DNA of 64,000 bases from Myxococcota bacterium (GCA_965247115.1 CBDFGR010000002.1:256001-320000); one strand, 5' to 3'; positions 47,286 to 58,088 are shown, counted from the first letter of the stretch. Made by a program: numbers and translations. Notes: a model not told the origin generated them from the sequence alone.

Positions 47286-49345
47286 CTCCACATGTCGCGG
47301 AGTCTGGCACCGACGTCCACGCGGACCTGGGACCTCGACCCGGGGCCCAGTGCTGCGTGCTCGCGGCCGCTCGTGTCGCGCTGGAAGCGGTCGAGGATCT
47401 CGTCGGGCAGGAACCGGCTCCGCGGTGCGTACACGTGCCCATCGCCATACCGATGCTGGTGGTGCCGGAAGAAGCGCAGCGGGTGGATCAGGTACAGGTG
47501 GTCCCGCGCTCGGGTCATCGCCACGTAGAGCAGACGGCGCTCCTCGTCGATCTGCTCCCCGCTCCCGGTCGCCATGTCGGACGGGATGCACCCATCCGAG
47601 GCATTGAGTACGTAGACCACGTCCCACTCGCGCCCCTTCGCCGAGTGGATCGTGGAGAGGATCAGGTAGTCCTCATCGAGCAGGGGCGGACCGGCTTCGT
47701 TCCCCGTAGCGTCGGGCGGGTCGAGCGCGAGCTCGCTCAGGAAGCGCTCCCGAGTGGCGTAGGCCGACGAGATCTGCTCGAGCTGCTCCAGGTCCGCCGC
47801 TCGCACGTGCGGGGCAACGTAAAGCCGCTCCAGCTGGGGCTCGTACCAGCGGCGAACCATGCCGACCTGGCCGTGCCAGTCGGTGGCGGAGTCGCGCAGC
47901 GACAGCAGCAGCTCGCACAGGGCGGGCCAGTCCGCTGCGGCGGAGGGAGGCGGTCGCACCGCCCGCAGGACTCCGAGGTCGAATCCAGCCGCCTCGAGGC
48001 GATCCAGCGCGCGCCGGGCGAGGCGCGGACCGATCCCCGGCAAGAGCTGGAGCGTCCGGAATGCGGCGACCGAGTCTCGCGGGTTCTCGGCCCACCGCAG
48101 CAGGCAGAGCACATCCTTCACGTGGGACGCCTCGAGGAACTTCAGTCCCCCGAACTTCACGAACGGGATGTCGCGTCGCGCGAGCTCCACCTCGAGGGCG
48201 TCGCTGTGGTGTGAGCTGCGGACCAAGACGGCCTGTCTCTGCAGCTCGATACCGGCTTCGCGATGCCGGAGAACTCGCTCGACCACGTAGTCCACCTGGC
48301 ACACCTCGTCCTCTGCGGTGCACAGGATGGGCCGCTCCGCGGAACGCCGGTTCGAGAACAGCTCCTTTCGAAAGCCGTCCGCGGCATCCGCGATCACCGC
48401 GTTACACGCGGCGAGGATCGGCTGGGTCGATCGGTAGTTCTGCTCCAGCGTCAGGACGTTGGCCGGTGGCTCGAACTGATGGGGGAAGTCGAGGATGTTG
48501 CGGACGGTCGCCGCACGGAACGAGTAGATCGACTGCGCGTCGTCGCCGACCACGGTCACACCCGCGCCGTCCGGCTTCAGGCCGAGCAGGATCCTGCCCT
48601 GGAGCGCGTTCGTATCCTGGTACTCGTCGACCAGCACGTGATCGAAACGCTCCTGAACGGGCCGGGCCAGCTCCGGCTCCACCATGAGGTGGTACCAGTA
48701 GAGCAGGAGGTCGTCGTAGTCGAGCACGTGGTGCGCCTGCTTGTCAGCGACGTAGGCGCGAAACAGCGCCCGCAGCTCGTCGGTCCACTGGCCGCACCAC
48801 GGGAACGCGCGGCGGAGCACCTGCTCCAGGGGATCGCGGGAGCTCACCGCGTGGGAGTAGATAGCCAGGCAGGTCGCCTTTCGGGGAAAGCGCCGCGAGG
48901 TGCGCGCCAGGCCGAGCTCGTCGCGCAAGAAGTCGATGCGGTCCGCGGCGTCAGAGCGATCGAGAACGGTGAAGCTCGGATCGAGACCGATCGAGTCCGC
49001 ATGGAGACGCAGCAGGCGATTCGCGATGCCGTGGAACGTGCCCGACCACGGCAGGTCAGCTGCTCCGCGCGCTCCCCCGGATTGGTGGCAGATCCGGCGC
49101 GCGCGGCGGGTCATCTCGGCCGCCGCACGCCGCGTGAACGTGAGCAGCAAGATCCGCCGCGGGTCCGCGCCGTTCCCGATCAGGTGGGCGACCCGATGCG
49201 CGAGCGTGTGGGTCTTTCCCGATCCCGCGCCCGCGATGATCAGGAGCGGCGGCGGCGCGGCGTTCTCTGCCGCGGGGCCGATCCCGTAGCGAACGGCGGC
49301 CGCCTGTCCTGGATTGAGCTGCTCGAAGATCGCGCCCGGATCCAT
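47282..49345 (-). CDS. UvrD/Rep/PcrA-family SF1 helicase
   Basis: AGAGSGKT, VDEYQD, GDDAQSIY, STIHSAKG, EERRLLYVAMTRA. Confidence 0.95.
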   Translation of the reverse strand: MDPGAIFEQLNPGQAAAVRYGIGPAAENAAPPPLLIIAGAGSGKTHTLAHRVAHLIGNGADPRRILLLTFTRRAAAEMTRRARRICHQSGGARGAADLPWSGTFHGIANRLLRLHADSIGLDPSFTVLDRSDAADRIDFLRDELGLARTSRRFPRKATCLAIYSHAVSSRDPLEQVLRRAFPWCGQWTDELRALFRAYVADKQAHHVLDYDDLLLYWYHLMVEPELARPVQERFDHVLVDEYQDTNALQGRILLGLKPDGAGVTVVGDDAQSIYSFRAATVRNILDFPHQFEPPANVLTLEQNYRSTQPILAACNAVIADAADGFRKELFSNRRSAERPILCTAEDEVCQVDYVVERVLRHREAGIELQRQAVLVRSSHHSDALEVELARRDIPFVKFGGLKFLEASHVKDVLCLLRWAENPRDSVAAFRTLQLLPGIGPRLARRALDRLEAAGFDLGVLRAVRPPPSAAADWPALCELLLSLRDSATDWHGQVGMVRRWYEPQLERLYVAPHVRAADLEQLEQISSAYATRERFLSELALDPPDATGNEAGPPLLDEDYLILSTIHSAKGREWDVVYVLNASDGCIPSDMATGSGEQIDEERRLLYVAMTRARDHLYLIHPLRFFRHHQHRYGDGHVYAPRSRFLPDEILDRFQRDTSGREHAALGPGSRSQVRVDVGARLRDMWS

Positions 49346-49449
49346 CTCCCCCCGCCGATCCGGGCTCGATCCCCCGGACCCGCATTAGTAGGGCGATCAG
49401 AAGGCGAAAGCAAGGGGCCGCCGGGGACTCCCCGCCTCGCCCGTGGGAA

Positions 49450-50457
49450 TCAGTGGGGGAGCCACGCGATGGCGCGGACCTCGCCGAACTCTCGCTCGAG
49501 CTTGTGCCAGGTCAGGCCGCCGTCCTCGCTGACGTAGACATAGCCGAACAGGCTGTTTGCCACGATTCGATCCGGGGCTGCGGGATGGGTTCCGAACCAG
49601 TACACCGTGGAGTTGGGCGCCGCCGAGAGGTCCGCCGGCTTCCAGGTTCCCCCTCCGTCCGCGCTGCGCTGGATGGCGCCGATCTTTCCTGGCACGGAGT
49701 CGCCGTTGCCGACAAAGAGCACGTCGGGATCGTCGGCCTTGACCGCCACGCCGCGGCAGTACGAGATGCGATTGCCTGCGAAGAAGCGGGGAAACGAGTG
49801 CTGGGTCCAGCTCTCTCCCTCGTCGCTGCTGATGATCGCACCCGAGGGGGTGCCGGCGACGATACTCGCGTGCCCATTGCTCCCGACGCTGAGCGCCAGA
49901 CTGTGCACATCCTGGGAGAACATCTCGTCGCCGAGCGGGGCTGTGCGGCGGAAGCTCTCACCGCCGTCGCGGCTCACGAACACCCCGTCGATCTCGACAC
50001 TGACCCAGATCGTGTCGCGATCACGCGGATCGAACACGATCGACGTGACCTTGGGCGCACCGGCCAGGCACTCCTTGGCAATGTCGATCGAGAGCGCCTC
50101 CCAGTGTCCGCCCCCGTCGCGGGTGCGGTACAGAGCGGGTGGCTTCGTGCCCGCCAGGATCACGTCGCCGTCGTGTGGGTCGACCGCGACGGACCAGATC
50201 TGAAGGCCCTCCATGGGGGACGGGACGACCTGGAAGCTCGCGCCGCGATCGTCGCTGCGCAGGAGACCGACCTCGGAGCCGGCGTAGACGCGTTCGGGAT
50301 CTCGCACACTCGTCGCCAGCGCACGGATCTGGATCTCACCCGGCTCGGCCGAGAACGGGAGCGAGAGCCCGCTCTTCCGCCAGTTCTCCCCGCCGTTGGA
50401 GCTCTGCCACACGCCCGCCCCGACGCTCCCCACCAGAATCGTGAAATCACCGGCCAT
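49450..50457 (-). CDS. BNR/Asp-box beta-propeller protein
   Basis: Repeated SxDGGxxW boxes. Confidence 0.88.
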   Translation of the reverse strand: MAGDFTILVGSVGAGVWQSSNGGENWRKSGLSLPFSAEPGEIQIRALATSVRDPERVYAGSEVGLLRSDDRGASFQVVPSPMEGLQIWSVAVDPHDGDVILAGTKPPALYRTRDGGGHWEALSIDIAKECLAGAPKVTSIVFDPRDRDTIWVSVEIDGVFVSRDGGESFRRTAPLGDEMFSQDVHSLALSVGSNGHASIVAGTPSGAIISSDEGESWTQHSFPRFFAGNRISYCRGVAVKADDPDVLFVGNGDSVPGKIGAIQRSADGGGTWKPADLSAAPNSTVYWFGTHPAAPDRIVANSLFGYVYVSEDGGLTWHKLEREFGEVRAIAWLPH

Positions 50458-50490
50458 CGGACCCCTCCTTACACACCGCCTCGATCCGGA

Positions 50491-51369
50491 TCAGCTGCAA
50501 GCGGCAAACTCCGTCGCCGGGTCTCCGCTTAGCCTGGCGTGGTACATGACCCGAGGCTCCTTCATGTTCCACGGACGGGCTTGATGAAGCAAGCAGCGGT
50601 TGTCCCACACGACCGCATCACCCGGGGACCAGGTGTGGTGGTAGATCCGAGGCGCCTGGCACGCGAAGTCGACCAGGTCCTGCAGCAGCCGCTCGGATTC
50701 GCCCGGGTCCATCTCCGGAATGCCGTACGCGTGGCGACCGATCAACAGCGAGGGTCGTCCGGTCTCCGGGTGGATCTTCACGAGCGGCCGCAGCGGCGGG
50801 TCCTGGCCGTGGAAGCCGTAGCCCTGGTAGTCGCTGCCCTCTTTCGGTACGTGCCCGAGCTTTGCCTGGCTGTAGTACAGCGAGTGGTACGCCGACAGGT
50901 CGCTGATCCGAGCCCGCATCTCGTCGTCGAGGGCGTCGTAGCCGGCGCGCATGTCCGCCCAGCCGGTCTCGCCCCCGCTCGACGGAACGACGTGAGCCGA
51001 GAATACGGCTCCCTTGGCCTGCACGGGCATGTACGTGCTGTCGCAGTGCCAGCGCATGTTGCCCTTGAGCACCTTGAGAACGTCATCGTCGTCGTCCTCA
51101 ACACGAACGGTGCCGTCCTCCCGGACGTTGCTGAGCGGCGCCAGGTCGAACTCCAGGTCGCCAAAGCGCTTCGCGAACGCGACTTGCTCTTGGTTGGTAA
51201 GGTGCTGAGCCGGGAAGACCAGGAGCGCGTACTCGAGCCACGTGTCGTAGAGCCGGGCAAACGAGTCATCGTCAAGCTGCGCCAGCCGGAGACCGGTCAC
51301 CACGGCTCCAAACGTCGCCTCGAGGGGCTCGACCCCGAAGCTCTTGCCAATGGTCATGGTGTTCCCCAT
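50491..51369 (-). CDS. TauD/TfdA dioxygenase
   Basis: WHCDST, HPETGR, WDNRCLLH. Confidence 0.93.
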   Translation of the reverse strand: MGNTMTIGKSFGVEPLEATFGAVVTGLRLAQLDDDSFARLYDTWLEYALLVFPAQHLTNQEQVAFAKRFGDLEFDLAPLSNVREDGTVRVEDDDDDVLKVLKGNMRWHCDSTYMPVQAKGAVFSAHVVPSSGGETGWADMRAGYDALDDEMRARISDLSAYHSLYYSQAKLGHVPKEGSDYQGYGFHGQDPPLRPLVKIHPETGRPSLLIGRHAYGIPEMDPGESERLLQDLVDFACQAPRIYHHTWSPGDAVVWDNRCLLHQARPWNMKEPRVMYHARLSGDPATEFAACS

Positions 51370-51514
51370 ACCCGATTTGTATCGAAGATCGGCCTGGTGG
51401 TAAAGCCAACACCTGGAAGCGGGCCGCGCGGCTCTCGAGCTGGAGCTGACGCGTCTCAGCCAGACGCGACCGGGTGACGTATCATGGCGGCCCGGTTCAA
51501 CGAAGGAGATTCCC

Positions 51515-52411
51515 ATGGCAAGTGAGGCTCTCGAGACAATCGTCGGAATGTTGCGCAGCGCGGGTCCTATCGAGGGGGGAAGCGTGCAGGAGATGCGCGC
51601 GGCCATGGAGGCCGGCAGTGCCGCCACCCCGGTTCCCGAGGGCGTGACGTTCAGCCCGGTCGATGCCGGTGGCGTCCCGGCCGAGTGGAACGACGCCGAA
51701 GGCGGGCGCCAGGACCACGTCCTCATCTACTTCCACGGTGGCGGCTACTGCATGGGTTCGCTGAGTACCCACCGGGGCCACACTGCGCGGATCTCGCGCC
51801 TCGCCAATCTCCGCGTACTCTCGGTGGACTACCGACTCGGCCCGGAGCACCCGCATCCGTCCGCGGTGCTGGACGCTGTTGCTGCCTACCGCTTCGTGCT
51901 GGATCAGGGAATCGCACCGAGCAAGATGGCGCTCGCGGGCGATTCCGCGGGTGGCGGACTCATGCTGGCGGCGCTGCTCGCGATCCGGGACCAGGACTTG
52001 CCGCTGCCCAGCTGCGGTGCGGGGATCTCCTCTTGGACCGATCTGACGGGTTCGGGTGATTCCATGAAGACCAGGGCCGACGAGGACCCGATGATCGGTG
52101 GCAGTGACGCCCTCCAGATCATGGTCGACGCGTACATCGGTGTGGACGGAGACCAGAAGGCTCCGCTCGCCTCGCCACTCTTCGCCGACCTCTCGGGCCT
52201 GCCTCCCCTGCTGCTCCAGGTCGGCACCGCGGAGGTCCTGCTCGACGATTCGACCCGCCTCGCAGAGCGCGCCAAAGCGGCCGGCGTGGATGTAACCCTG
52301 AAGGTGTGGCAGGACATGTTCCACGTCTGGCATGCGTTCGCCGAGATGCTGCCCGAGGGCATGGAGGCCACACAGGAGCTCGCCGACTATCTGAACGAGA
52401 GGCTCGGATAG
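51515..52411 (+). CDS. HSL-family esterase/lipase
   Basis: HGGG, GDSAGG, HVWH. Confidence 0.93.
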   Translation: MASEALETIVGMLRSAGPIEGGSVQEMRAAMEAGSAATPVPEGVTFSPVDAGGVPAEWNDAEGGRQDHVLIYFHGGGYCMGSLSTHRGHTARISRLANLRVLSVDYRLGPEHPHPSAVLDAVAAYRFVLDQGIAPSKMALAGDSAGGGLMLAALLAIRDQDLPLPSCGAGISSWTDLTGSGDSMKTRADEDPMIGGSDALQIMVDAYIGVDGDQKAPLASPLFADLSGLPPLLLQVGTAEVLLDDSTRLAERAKAAGVDVTLKVWQDMFHVWHAFAEMLPEGMEATQELADYLNERLG

Positions 52412-52416
52412 AATCC

Positions 52417-52875
52417 CTATTGGCAGCTCCGAACGCCCAGGAGCTCGCTCCATTGATCCTCGGTCAATGAACCGTCCAGCTGTTGGACCTGACCTCGACG
52501 AGAAACGTGAGTCGCCGGCAGCCCGCCCCCAGTCAGGCTCCGAAACACGTCCCCCCGTGGATCGATCAGTACGTCGAGATCCAGCTCGTTCTCCCGGACG
52601 AAGTGCCTGACCTTCTTGACGTCCTCCCCTACGTTGACCGCCAGCACTTCGAAATCCGACCCGCAAGAGCTCGCGGCCAGCCTGCTCAGAATCTGGAGCT
52701 CCAGCTTACAAGGCGGACACCACGTGGCCCAGAAGTGGAGCACGATGTCCTGCTCGGGTGAGCCAATCGGCACGGTGACCGTCTTGCCGTCCAGATCCTC
52801 GAGGGACGCTGAGGGCCCGCTTGCAATGACAAGGGGCAGAGCAAGCAAGAGTGCGAGCCGCTTTCCACTCCTCAT
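52417..52875 (-). CDS. TlpA-like thioredoxin
   Basis: FWATWCPPC; signal peptide. Confidence 0.9.
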   Translation of the reverse strand: MRSGKRLALLLALPLVIASGPSASLEDLDGKTVTVPIGSPEQDIVLHFWATWCPPCKLELQILSRLAASSCGSDFEVLAVNVGEDVKKVRHFVRENELDLDVLIDPRGDVFRSLTGGGLPATHVSRRGQVQQLDGSLTEDQWSELLGVRSCQ

Positions 52876-52890
52876 ACGGAACCACCCAGA

Positions 52891-53898
52891 CTAGAACGTG
52901 AAGCCGAGACCGGCCTGAAAGATGTATCCCTCCTGCTGATCTCCGTTCAACCCACCGCTCCCCAGCGGGATTCTGAGCCCCAAACGAAGTCGCGGAGAAC
53001 GCTCGCTGCCCAGGCTCCGTAGATCAAGCTCAAGGTACGGAGAGGCATAGAAGATGCCTCCGCCGCTGTCGCCGTACGACAAGCCGCGGAAGTCGTCCTT
53101 CTCGGCACGGCGATAGTTGAGCTCCAGAGCGCCCCGCACCTCGTTCGTACCGAACAGGCCCAGGTGTGCTGCGTCTGTCGTCCACGCGACGTTGGCCAGA
53201 AAGACATCCCCGTACTCGTAGTCGAGACCACCCTTGGAGTTGAAGCGATAGAACACGCTCGCGTACATGGAGCCGCGTTCGAAACGCTGAGTCCCAGCTA
53301 AGCCGAGCCCCCAATCCCAGGACCCGGTCCCGACTTGAAGGTGCGGGTCCAGAACTCCGCCGACTCGCTTCTCGTCCTGTCCGGTCGGTAGCTTCAGCAT
53401 CAGGCGACCCTCGAGCCAGCGTGACGGAAGCACCTCACGATTCCGCCAGAGAACCCCGGTGGCGTACAGGGATACGTCACCGAGTCCCGAGTTCCGCAAG
53501 TTGTGACTCGGCTCGTCATGGGGCATCTCTTCGATCCTGACCCAGCGGAACGGGACGCTGGCGGTCAAGGTCAGCCGGTCCACGGGGGTCCAGCTCGTGA
53601 AGAGCACCGTCTCGTGAGTCAGGTTCTCTTCTCGGTCGGGGCGTGAGGGGGAGTGTTCAGCGTCCTCGTGATGCTCCTCTTCCGCATCATGGTGAGGGAG
53701 GGCTCCGCTCTTCTTCCAGAACCTGCGATTCTCCACGTAGAGCTGGAGAGATCCAACCTGCTGTGCAGAAGCGCCCTCAGCCGAAAAAACGGGATCTCCA
53801 GGCTGACACACAGAGCAGCCCAGGGACGGAGTTGCGTAGCCGGCCCCAACGAAGCTAGAGATGCCTATAGCGAGGGTACGCGCAACCAAGCTGCGCAT
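52891..53898 (-). CDS. Outer-membrane beta-barrel transporter-like protein
   Basis: Signal peptide, CSVC, His-rich loop, GLGDV, LKLPTG, GTGSWD, terminal Phe. Confidence 0.75.
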   Translation of the reverse strand: MRSLVARTLAIGISSFVGAGYATPSLGCSVCQPGDPVFSAEGASAQQVGSLQLYVENRRFWKKSGALPHHDAEEEHHEDAEHSPSRPDREENLTHETVLFTSWTPVDRLTLTASVPFRWVRIEEMPHDEPSHNLRNSGLGDVSLYATGVLWRNREVLPSRWLEGRLMLKLPTGQDEKRVGGVLDPHLQVGTGSWDWGLGLAGTQRFERGSMYASVFYRFNSKGGLDYEYGDVFLANVAWTTDAAHLGLFGTNEVRGALELNYRRAEKDDFRGLSYGDSGGGIFYASPYLELDLRSLGSERSPRLRLGLRIPLGSGGLNGDQQEGYIFQAGLGFTF

Positions 53899-53978
53899 GG
53901 GTCTTCTCCTGTTCCCTGAGAGTTGGCGGTGCGTGGACCCGAGCCTCGAGCGAGGACCGGGGGCTCAACGCGCGGGAG

Positions 53979-54338
53979 TCAGGAAAGGGCGATCGGGACG
54001 TGCTCCGGTAACGCGACACTCCCAGCCGGCATCTCTCGTCGATACGGGACGTCGGCTGGGCGCGCTGGTTCTGGCTGCATCATCTCGGGCACCTGCGCGA
54101 GGATGAGCGGGAGCCGTGGGCCTGCTCCCGAGCTAGCAGATGTGGAACACCCGCACGGGCAGACGGCAGACATCGCCAGCAGATCCTCGTCCGTGTGTGC
54201 CCCGTGGTGGGCGGCGACCCCGGCTGCCTGAACGCTCTCGGTGTGAAACGCCGGCGTGGACGGCGGGCATGGCATCAGCGCAGCGACGAGCAAAGCTGCC
54301 ATCGCGATCGCTGCCGGGAGCTGGGGACACGGACGCAT
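53979..54338 (-). CDS. Small His/Cys-rich exported protein
   Basis: Hydrophobic N-terminus, HHGAH, CPCGC, C-terminal PEHVP. Confidence 0.6.
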   Translation of the reverse strand: MRPCPQLPAAIAMAALLVAALMPCPPSTPAFHTESVQAAGVAAHHGAHTDEDLLAMSAVCPCGCSTSASSGAGPRLPLILAQVPEMMQPEPARPADVPYRREMPAGSVALPEHVPIALS

Positions 54339-54425
54339 GTCTCAGCGTAGATCGCGAGAGACTTCGACGTCAAACCCACCGAGTCCGTTCCCGACAGATC
54401 GCGACCGCGAGTCGCCCACCGGGGC

Positions 54426-55478
54426 TCAGGGGACGACGCGTGGCGCACTGAAGTCGCTGAAGTCCCCCCACGTTGCCCGCCACATCGATCGCAGCAGCGG
54501 CGCGATGCGGCCGCCGCGTCGCCGGGCGTACCGCTCGGCGGGCCCCGTCCTGCGCCCGCCGGCGTCGTAGGCCGCGCGGATGCCCCAGAGGCCCTGATCG
54601 GGTGGGTCGCCGGGTAGCCCGTACCGCAGATCGTCGATTTCGACGACCGCCGAGTCACTCGTGGCGCGGACCCTCCAGGAAATCTCGCCCATCGCAAACA
54701 AGCGGAAAACCCGACCCCGCCAGCTACTCAGCAAGTCCTCGGCACGCGGATCGGGCGCCGGCGCGGCGAAGCTCTCCCACCAAGGCTCGCCCGGACGCCA
54801 GGGCGTGTAGAGCCCTACGCGGATCTCGTCGGGTGTGCGCGCCACGAAGCGCCGGAGCCAGGGCTGGAACATCGTCGGATAGACACGGACGCTCGCGTCC
54901 TCGAGCCCCTCCGCGGCGAGAGTGCGGCGCAGATCCCGCTCCGCTGCGGCATTCAGGAGGACGCCGTAGCCCAGGTACAGGGTGGAGAAGGCAAGCGCGA
55001 TCGTCGCAGCAGTGCGCGCGCGTGCGGCAGAGACCCTGCCAGCGACCAGGCCCAGCGCGAGCATCGCCGAGTAGATCGGATCGATGATGCCGACGCCATT
55101 CCACGCAAAGCGTTCGCGCGAGAACGGGGCAAAGAGCTGGGTTCCGTAGGGAGTGAAGACGTCGAGGAGCGGGTGCGTGAAGAGCACCAGCACGCAGAGC
55201 CCAATCCATGTGCCGAGCCTTGCCTGGGCTCCGTCCCGCCAGCGCCACAGACACCACCCAAGGAGCGACCCCGCGACGGGCCCGAACCAGAGCGCATGGG
55301 TCGTGCCCCGGTGATAGATCATCTCGCCAAAGCCGCCGTGAAGCGGCGCCGCGATCACGTCGAGGTCTGGCAGCATCCCGATCAGCGCACCCCAGCCGAG
55401 CGCGCGCCGCCCGAGCGAACGAGCGAACCCGGCCTGGCCGATGGCGGCGCCGAGCAACCCCTGAGTGATCGGCTCCAC
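54426..55478 (-). CDS. YdjM-like membrane-bound metal-dependent hydrolase
   Basis: PDLD, HRGTTH, HPLLDVFTPYG. Confidence 0.9.
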   Translation of the reverse strand: MEPITQGLLGAAIGQAGFARSLGRRALGWGALIGMLPDLDVIAAPLHGGFGEMIYHRGTTHALWFGPVAGSLLGWCLWRWRDGAQARLGTWIGLCVLVLFTHPLLDVFTPYGTQLFAPFSRERFAWNGVGIIDPIYSAMLALGLVAGRVSAARARTAATIALAFSTLYLGYGVLLNAAAERDLRRTLAAEGLEDASVRVYPTMFQPWLRRFVARTPDEIRVGLYTPWRPGEPWWESFAAPAPDPRAEDLLSSWRGRVFRLFAMGEISWRVRATSDSAVVEIDDLRYGLPGDPPDQGLWGIRAAYDAGGRRTGPAERYARRRGGRIAPLLRSMWRATWGDFSDFSAPRVVP

Positions 55479-55554
55479 GACCGGCGGAGACTAGTGCATG
55501 GGTTGCGTCTCCACCCGGATGAGAGCGGTGGACTTGTGCGCTCGCCGTAGGGGG

Positions 55555-56850
55555 TCACAGCAGCAGATCTCTGGCGTGAGGATTGAGGAAGCGGCCCTGG
55601 GGGTCGAGCTCCTGACGGACCTTCTGGAATTCGCTCCACATCGGGTAGAGCGCTTCGAGATCCGCGGCGCCGAGACTGTGGATCTTGCCCCAGTGAGGCC
55701 GGCCCTTGTAGTTGCGGAAGATGGCCTCGACGTCGGCGAAGAACGCTTCATGGGGGAGCTCCGCCGCCTGATGCGCCGAAATCGAGACGGTCGGACGCCC
55801 GTAGGCCTGGCTCAGGAAGATGTCGTCGGCCGCTACGGTTCGGTACTCGAGCGGCCAGTCGATTTCTCTGTACTTGCCGAGCATGAGCTGACGCAGCTCG
55901 GCCAGGCACTCGGGTCCCCGCTCCGCTGGCACCGAGTACTCGATCTCGTTGAAGAGCGTGTTGCGCGGGGATGGGAAGATCTCGTCACTCCAGCCAATGC
56001 GCTCGCCAACGAGCTTCTCCTTGTCCTCGTAGTGCTCGAGATCCTCCGTCGCGTCGGTGAGGTTGAGGGCCTTCATCAGGCACGCATCGCGCTCCGACAC
56101 CCAAAAGAACTCGAAGTGACGATTCGCCTGAATTCGATCGGCCAGCTGCGCGACGCAGTCCTCGTAGGGGGCGATCCAGGTCCGTTCGTGAAGCCGGAAG
56201 GCGGATACGAGCTGCATACGAACGTGAGTGATGATCCCGAGAACGCCGAGGGAGACCTGCGCGGCTCTGAGCACGTCGGGCCGCTCCCGAGTCGAGCACT
56301 CGACCATGTCCCCGTCGGCGGTCACGAGGCGCAGCCCCACGACACGAGTCGAAAGGTTGCCCACATCCTTCCCCGTGCCATGAGTCCCGGTGGCGATGGC
56401 GCCGGCGACGGCCTGGCGGTCGATGTCGGGAAGCGCCTCCATGGCGAGGCCGGCTTTGCGAAACGGCTTGCCCAGGTGATAGAGCTTGCTGCCCGCCAGA
56501 ACGGTGGCCTCGCTTCGCTCCGCGTCGATCGACTCGATGCCGCGCAGGCGGCTGAGCACCATCGCCATCCCATCGGTAGCACACAAGGGAACGAACGAGT
56601 GCCCGCTGCCCACGGCGCGCACCGTGTACTGAGCTTCGGCGGCCTTGCGCACCGCCGTGATCACGTCGTCGACGCTGGCCGGCCTGGCGATCTCCTGCGG
56701 GGAGAACTGGACCGAGTCCGACCAGTTCGACCACTCGTGGGCGACTGCGGCCCGGGGAGCGAGTGGGTACCCGAGCGTCGCCGCCGCGACGCTGGCGCTG
56801 CGCAGGAGCTCCCGCCGCGTAAGCTCCGGCTCCTTCGTCCGGCCCCTCAC
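55555..56850 (-). CDS. Tat-exported FAD-linked oxidase (aldonolactone oxidase family)
   Basis: TRRELL, VGSGHSF, ATGTHGTG, GRPHWGK, DPQGRFLN. Confidence 0.92.
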   Translation of the reverse strand: MRGRTKEPELTRRELLRSASVAAATLGYPLAPRAAVAHEWSNWSDSVQFSPQEIARPASVDDVITAVRKAAEAQYTVRAVGSGHSFVPLCATDGMAMVLSRLRGIESIDAERSEATVLAGSKLYHLGKPFRKAGLAMEALPDIDRQAVAGAIATGTHGTGKDVGNLSTRVVGLRLVTADGDMVECSTRERPDVLRAAQVSLGVLGIITHVRMQLVSAFRLHERTWIAPYEDCVAQLADRIQANRHFEFFWVSERDACLMKALNLTDATEDLEHYEDKEKLVGERIGWSDEIFPSPRNTLFNEIEYSVPAERGPECLAELRQLMLGKYREIDWPLEYRTVAADDIFLSQAYGRPTVSISAHQAAELPHEAFFADVEAIFRNYKGRPHWGKIHSLGAADLEALYPMWSEFQKVRQELDPQGRFLNPHARDLLL

Positions 56851-58088
56851 TGGGATCGGCCGCGAGCGCTGATGGGCCAGAGCTCGCGCACGGTGTCGTT
56901 CCGGTAGGGGTGGTAGACGTCGTACAGGTTCACCGTTGGATCGCAGTGGGACACGATGAGTTGCGCTTTCTGGCCGATCTGCAGCGGGCGCTCGGAGCTG
57001 GTGAACTGCACGATTCCATGCTCGTCGCCGCCGTAGAAGTACGTGAGTCCCTCGAGGTCGCGGAACCGCGGCTTGGCTTCCGGCTCGTGGGCGAACGCCT
57101 TGAACCCGGCGTCAATCGTGATGAGCTCTGGTACCGGCTGGCTGATGGCGGTGGAGAGGACGAAGAGCGACGGAAGGAAAGCGTCGAAAACCTCGCTATC
57201 GACATCGCCGATGGCCCGGTACTGGACGTCCATGAACACGTACGAGCCGAGCTGCAGGTCCGTCATGCCCTCGACCTGGTCATCGATGTCGTACGTGCCG
57301 GTGCCGCCGCCTGAGACCACCTCGATCCCGAACCCCGCTCGCTCGAGGAGGCGTCGGGTCTCGAGGCAGGGCTCCAGCGACTCGAGTGAGCGCCGTTTGC
57401 GCTCCTCGTAACCTTTGACGTGCATGACGTGACCTGCGTAAGCCTGCAGACCATCGAGCTGCAGCGCCTGACTCCCGCCGATCTTCTGGGCCAGGTCCAG
57501 CGCAGCCTTGCCGGGGGCGATGCCGGTGCGTCGCGTGCCGGTATCGAGATCGATGAGAACACGCAGTTGAACGCCCGCGGCCTGTGCCGCCTCGTCGAAG
57601 TCCTGCACGTTCTTGGCGTGGTCCACAACGATTTGCAGTCCCGGTGTCTTGCCTGCCAGGGCGACGACGCGCCGGATCTTGGTCGGAGTGACGACGGGCG
57701 AGGTGATCAGGACATTGTCGATCCCCGTTTCGACCATCACCTCGGCCTCGCTCAGCTTCGCCGCGCACACGCCGATGGCGCCGAGCTCGATTTGTCGCTT
57801 CGCCAGGATCGGGCACTTGTGTGTCTTGACGTGGGGACGGAGCGCCACGCGTTTGCCCTCAAAGTGGCGTGCCATCTTGGCCAGATTGTGGTCGAGGGCA
57901 TCGAGATCGATCAGCAGCGCGGGCGTCTGGACGTCTGCCACGGACAGCGGCGTGGACAGCTCGAGCGGCTCGTGGAGGGGCGTCGACCTGCCGACGGGCG
58001 CTGCGCCCACACTCCGCGCGCCCAGGGCCGCGAATCCCGCTACCGCTCCGCCGACGAAGGCACGTCGAGAGAGCGCGCGTTCAGTCAT
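56847..58088 (-). CDS. Tat-exported DSD1/D-threonine aldolase-family PLP enzyme
   Basis: SRRAFV, RPHVKTHK, SGGGTGT, HCDPTVN. Confidence 0.92.
   Translation of the reverse strand: MTERALSRRAFVGGAVAGFAALGARSVGAAPVGRSTPLHEPLELSTPLSVADVQTPALLIDLDALDHNLAKMARHFEGKRVALRPHVKTHKCPILAKRQIELGAIGVCAAKLSEAEVMVETGIDNVLITSPVVTPTKIRRVVALAGKTPGLQIVVDHAKNVQDFDEAAQAAGVQLRVLIDLDTGTRRTGIAPGKAALDLAQKIGGSQALQLDGLQAYAGHVMHVKGYEERKRRSLESLEPCLETRRLLERAGFGIEVVSGGGTGTYDIDDQVEGMTDLQLGSYVFMDVQYRAIGDVDSEVFDAFLPSLFVLSTAISQPVPELITIDAGFKAFAHEPEAKPRFRDLEGLTYFYGGDEHGIVQFTSSERPLQIGQKAQLIVSHCDPTVNLYDVYHPYRNDTVRELWPISARGRSQ

Noticed and set aside
47282..49345. Helicase as part of a defence system
   Set aside because: Ordinary stand-alone UvrD-like protein with no nuclease or ATPase partner adjacent
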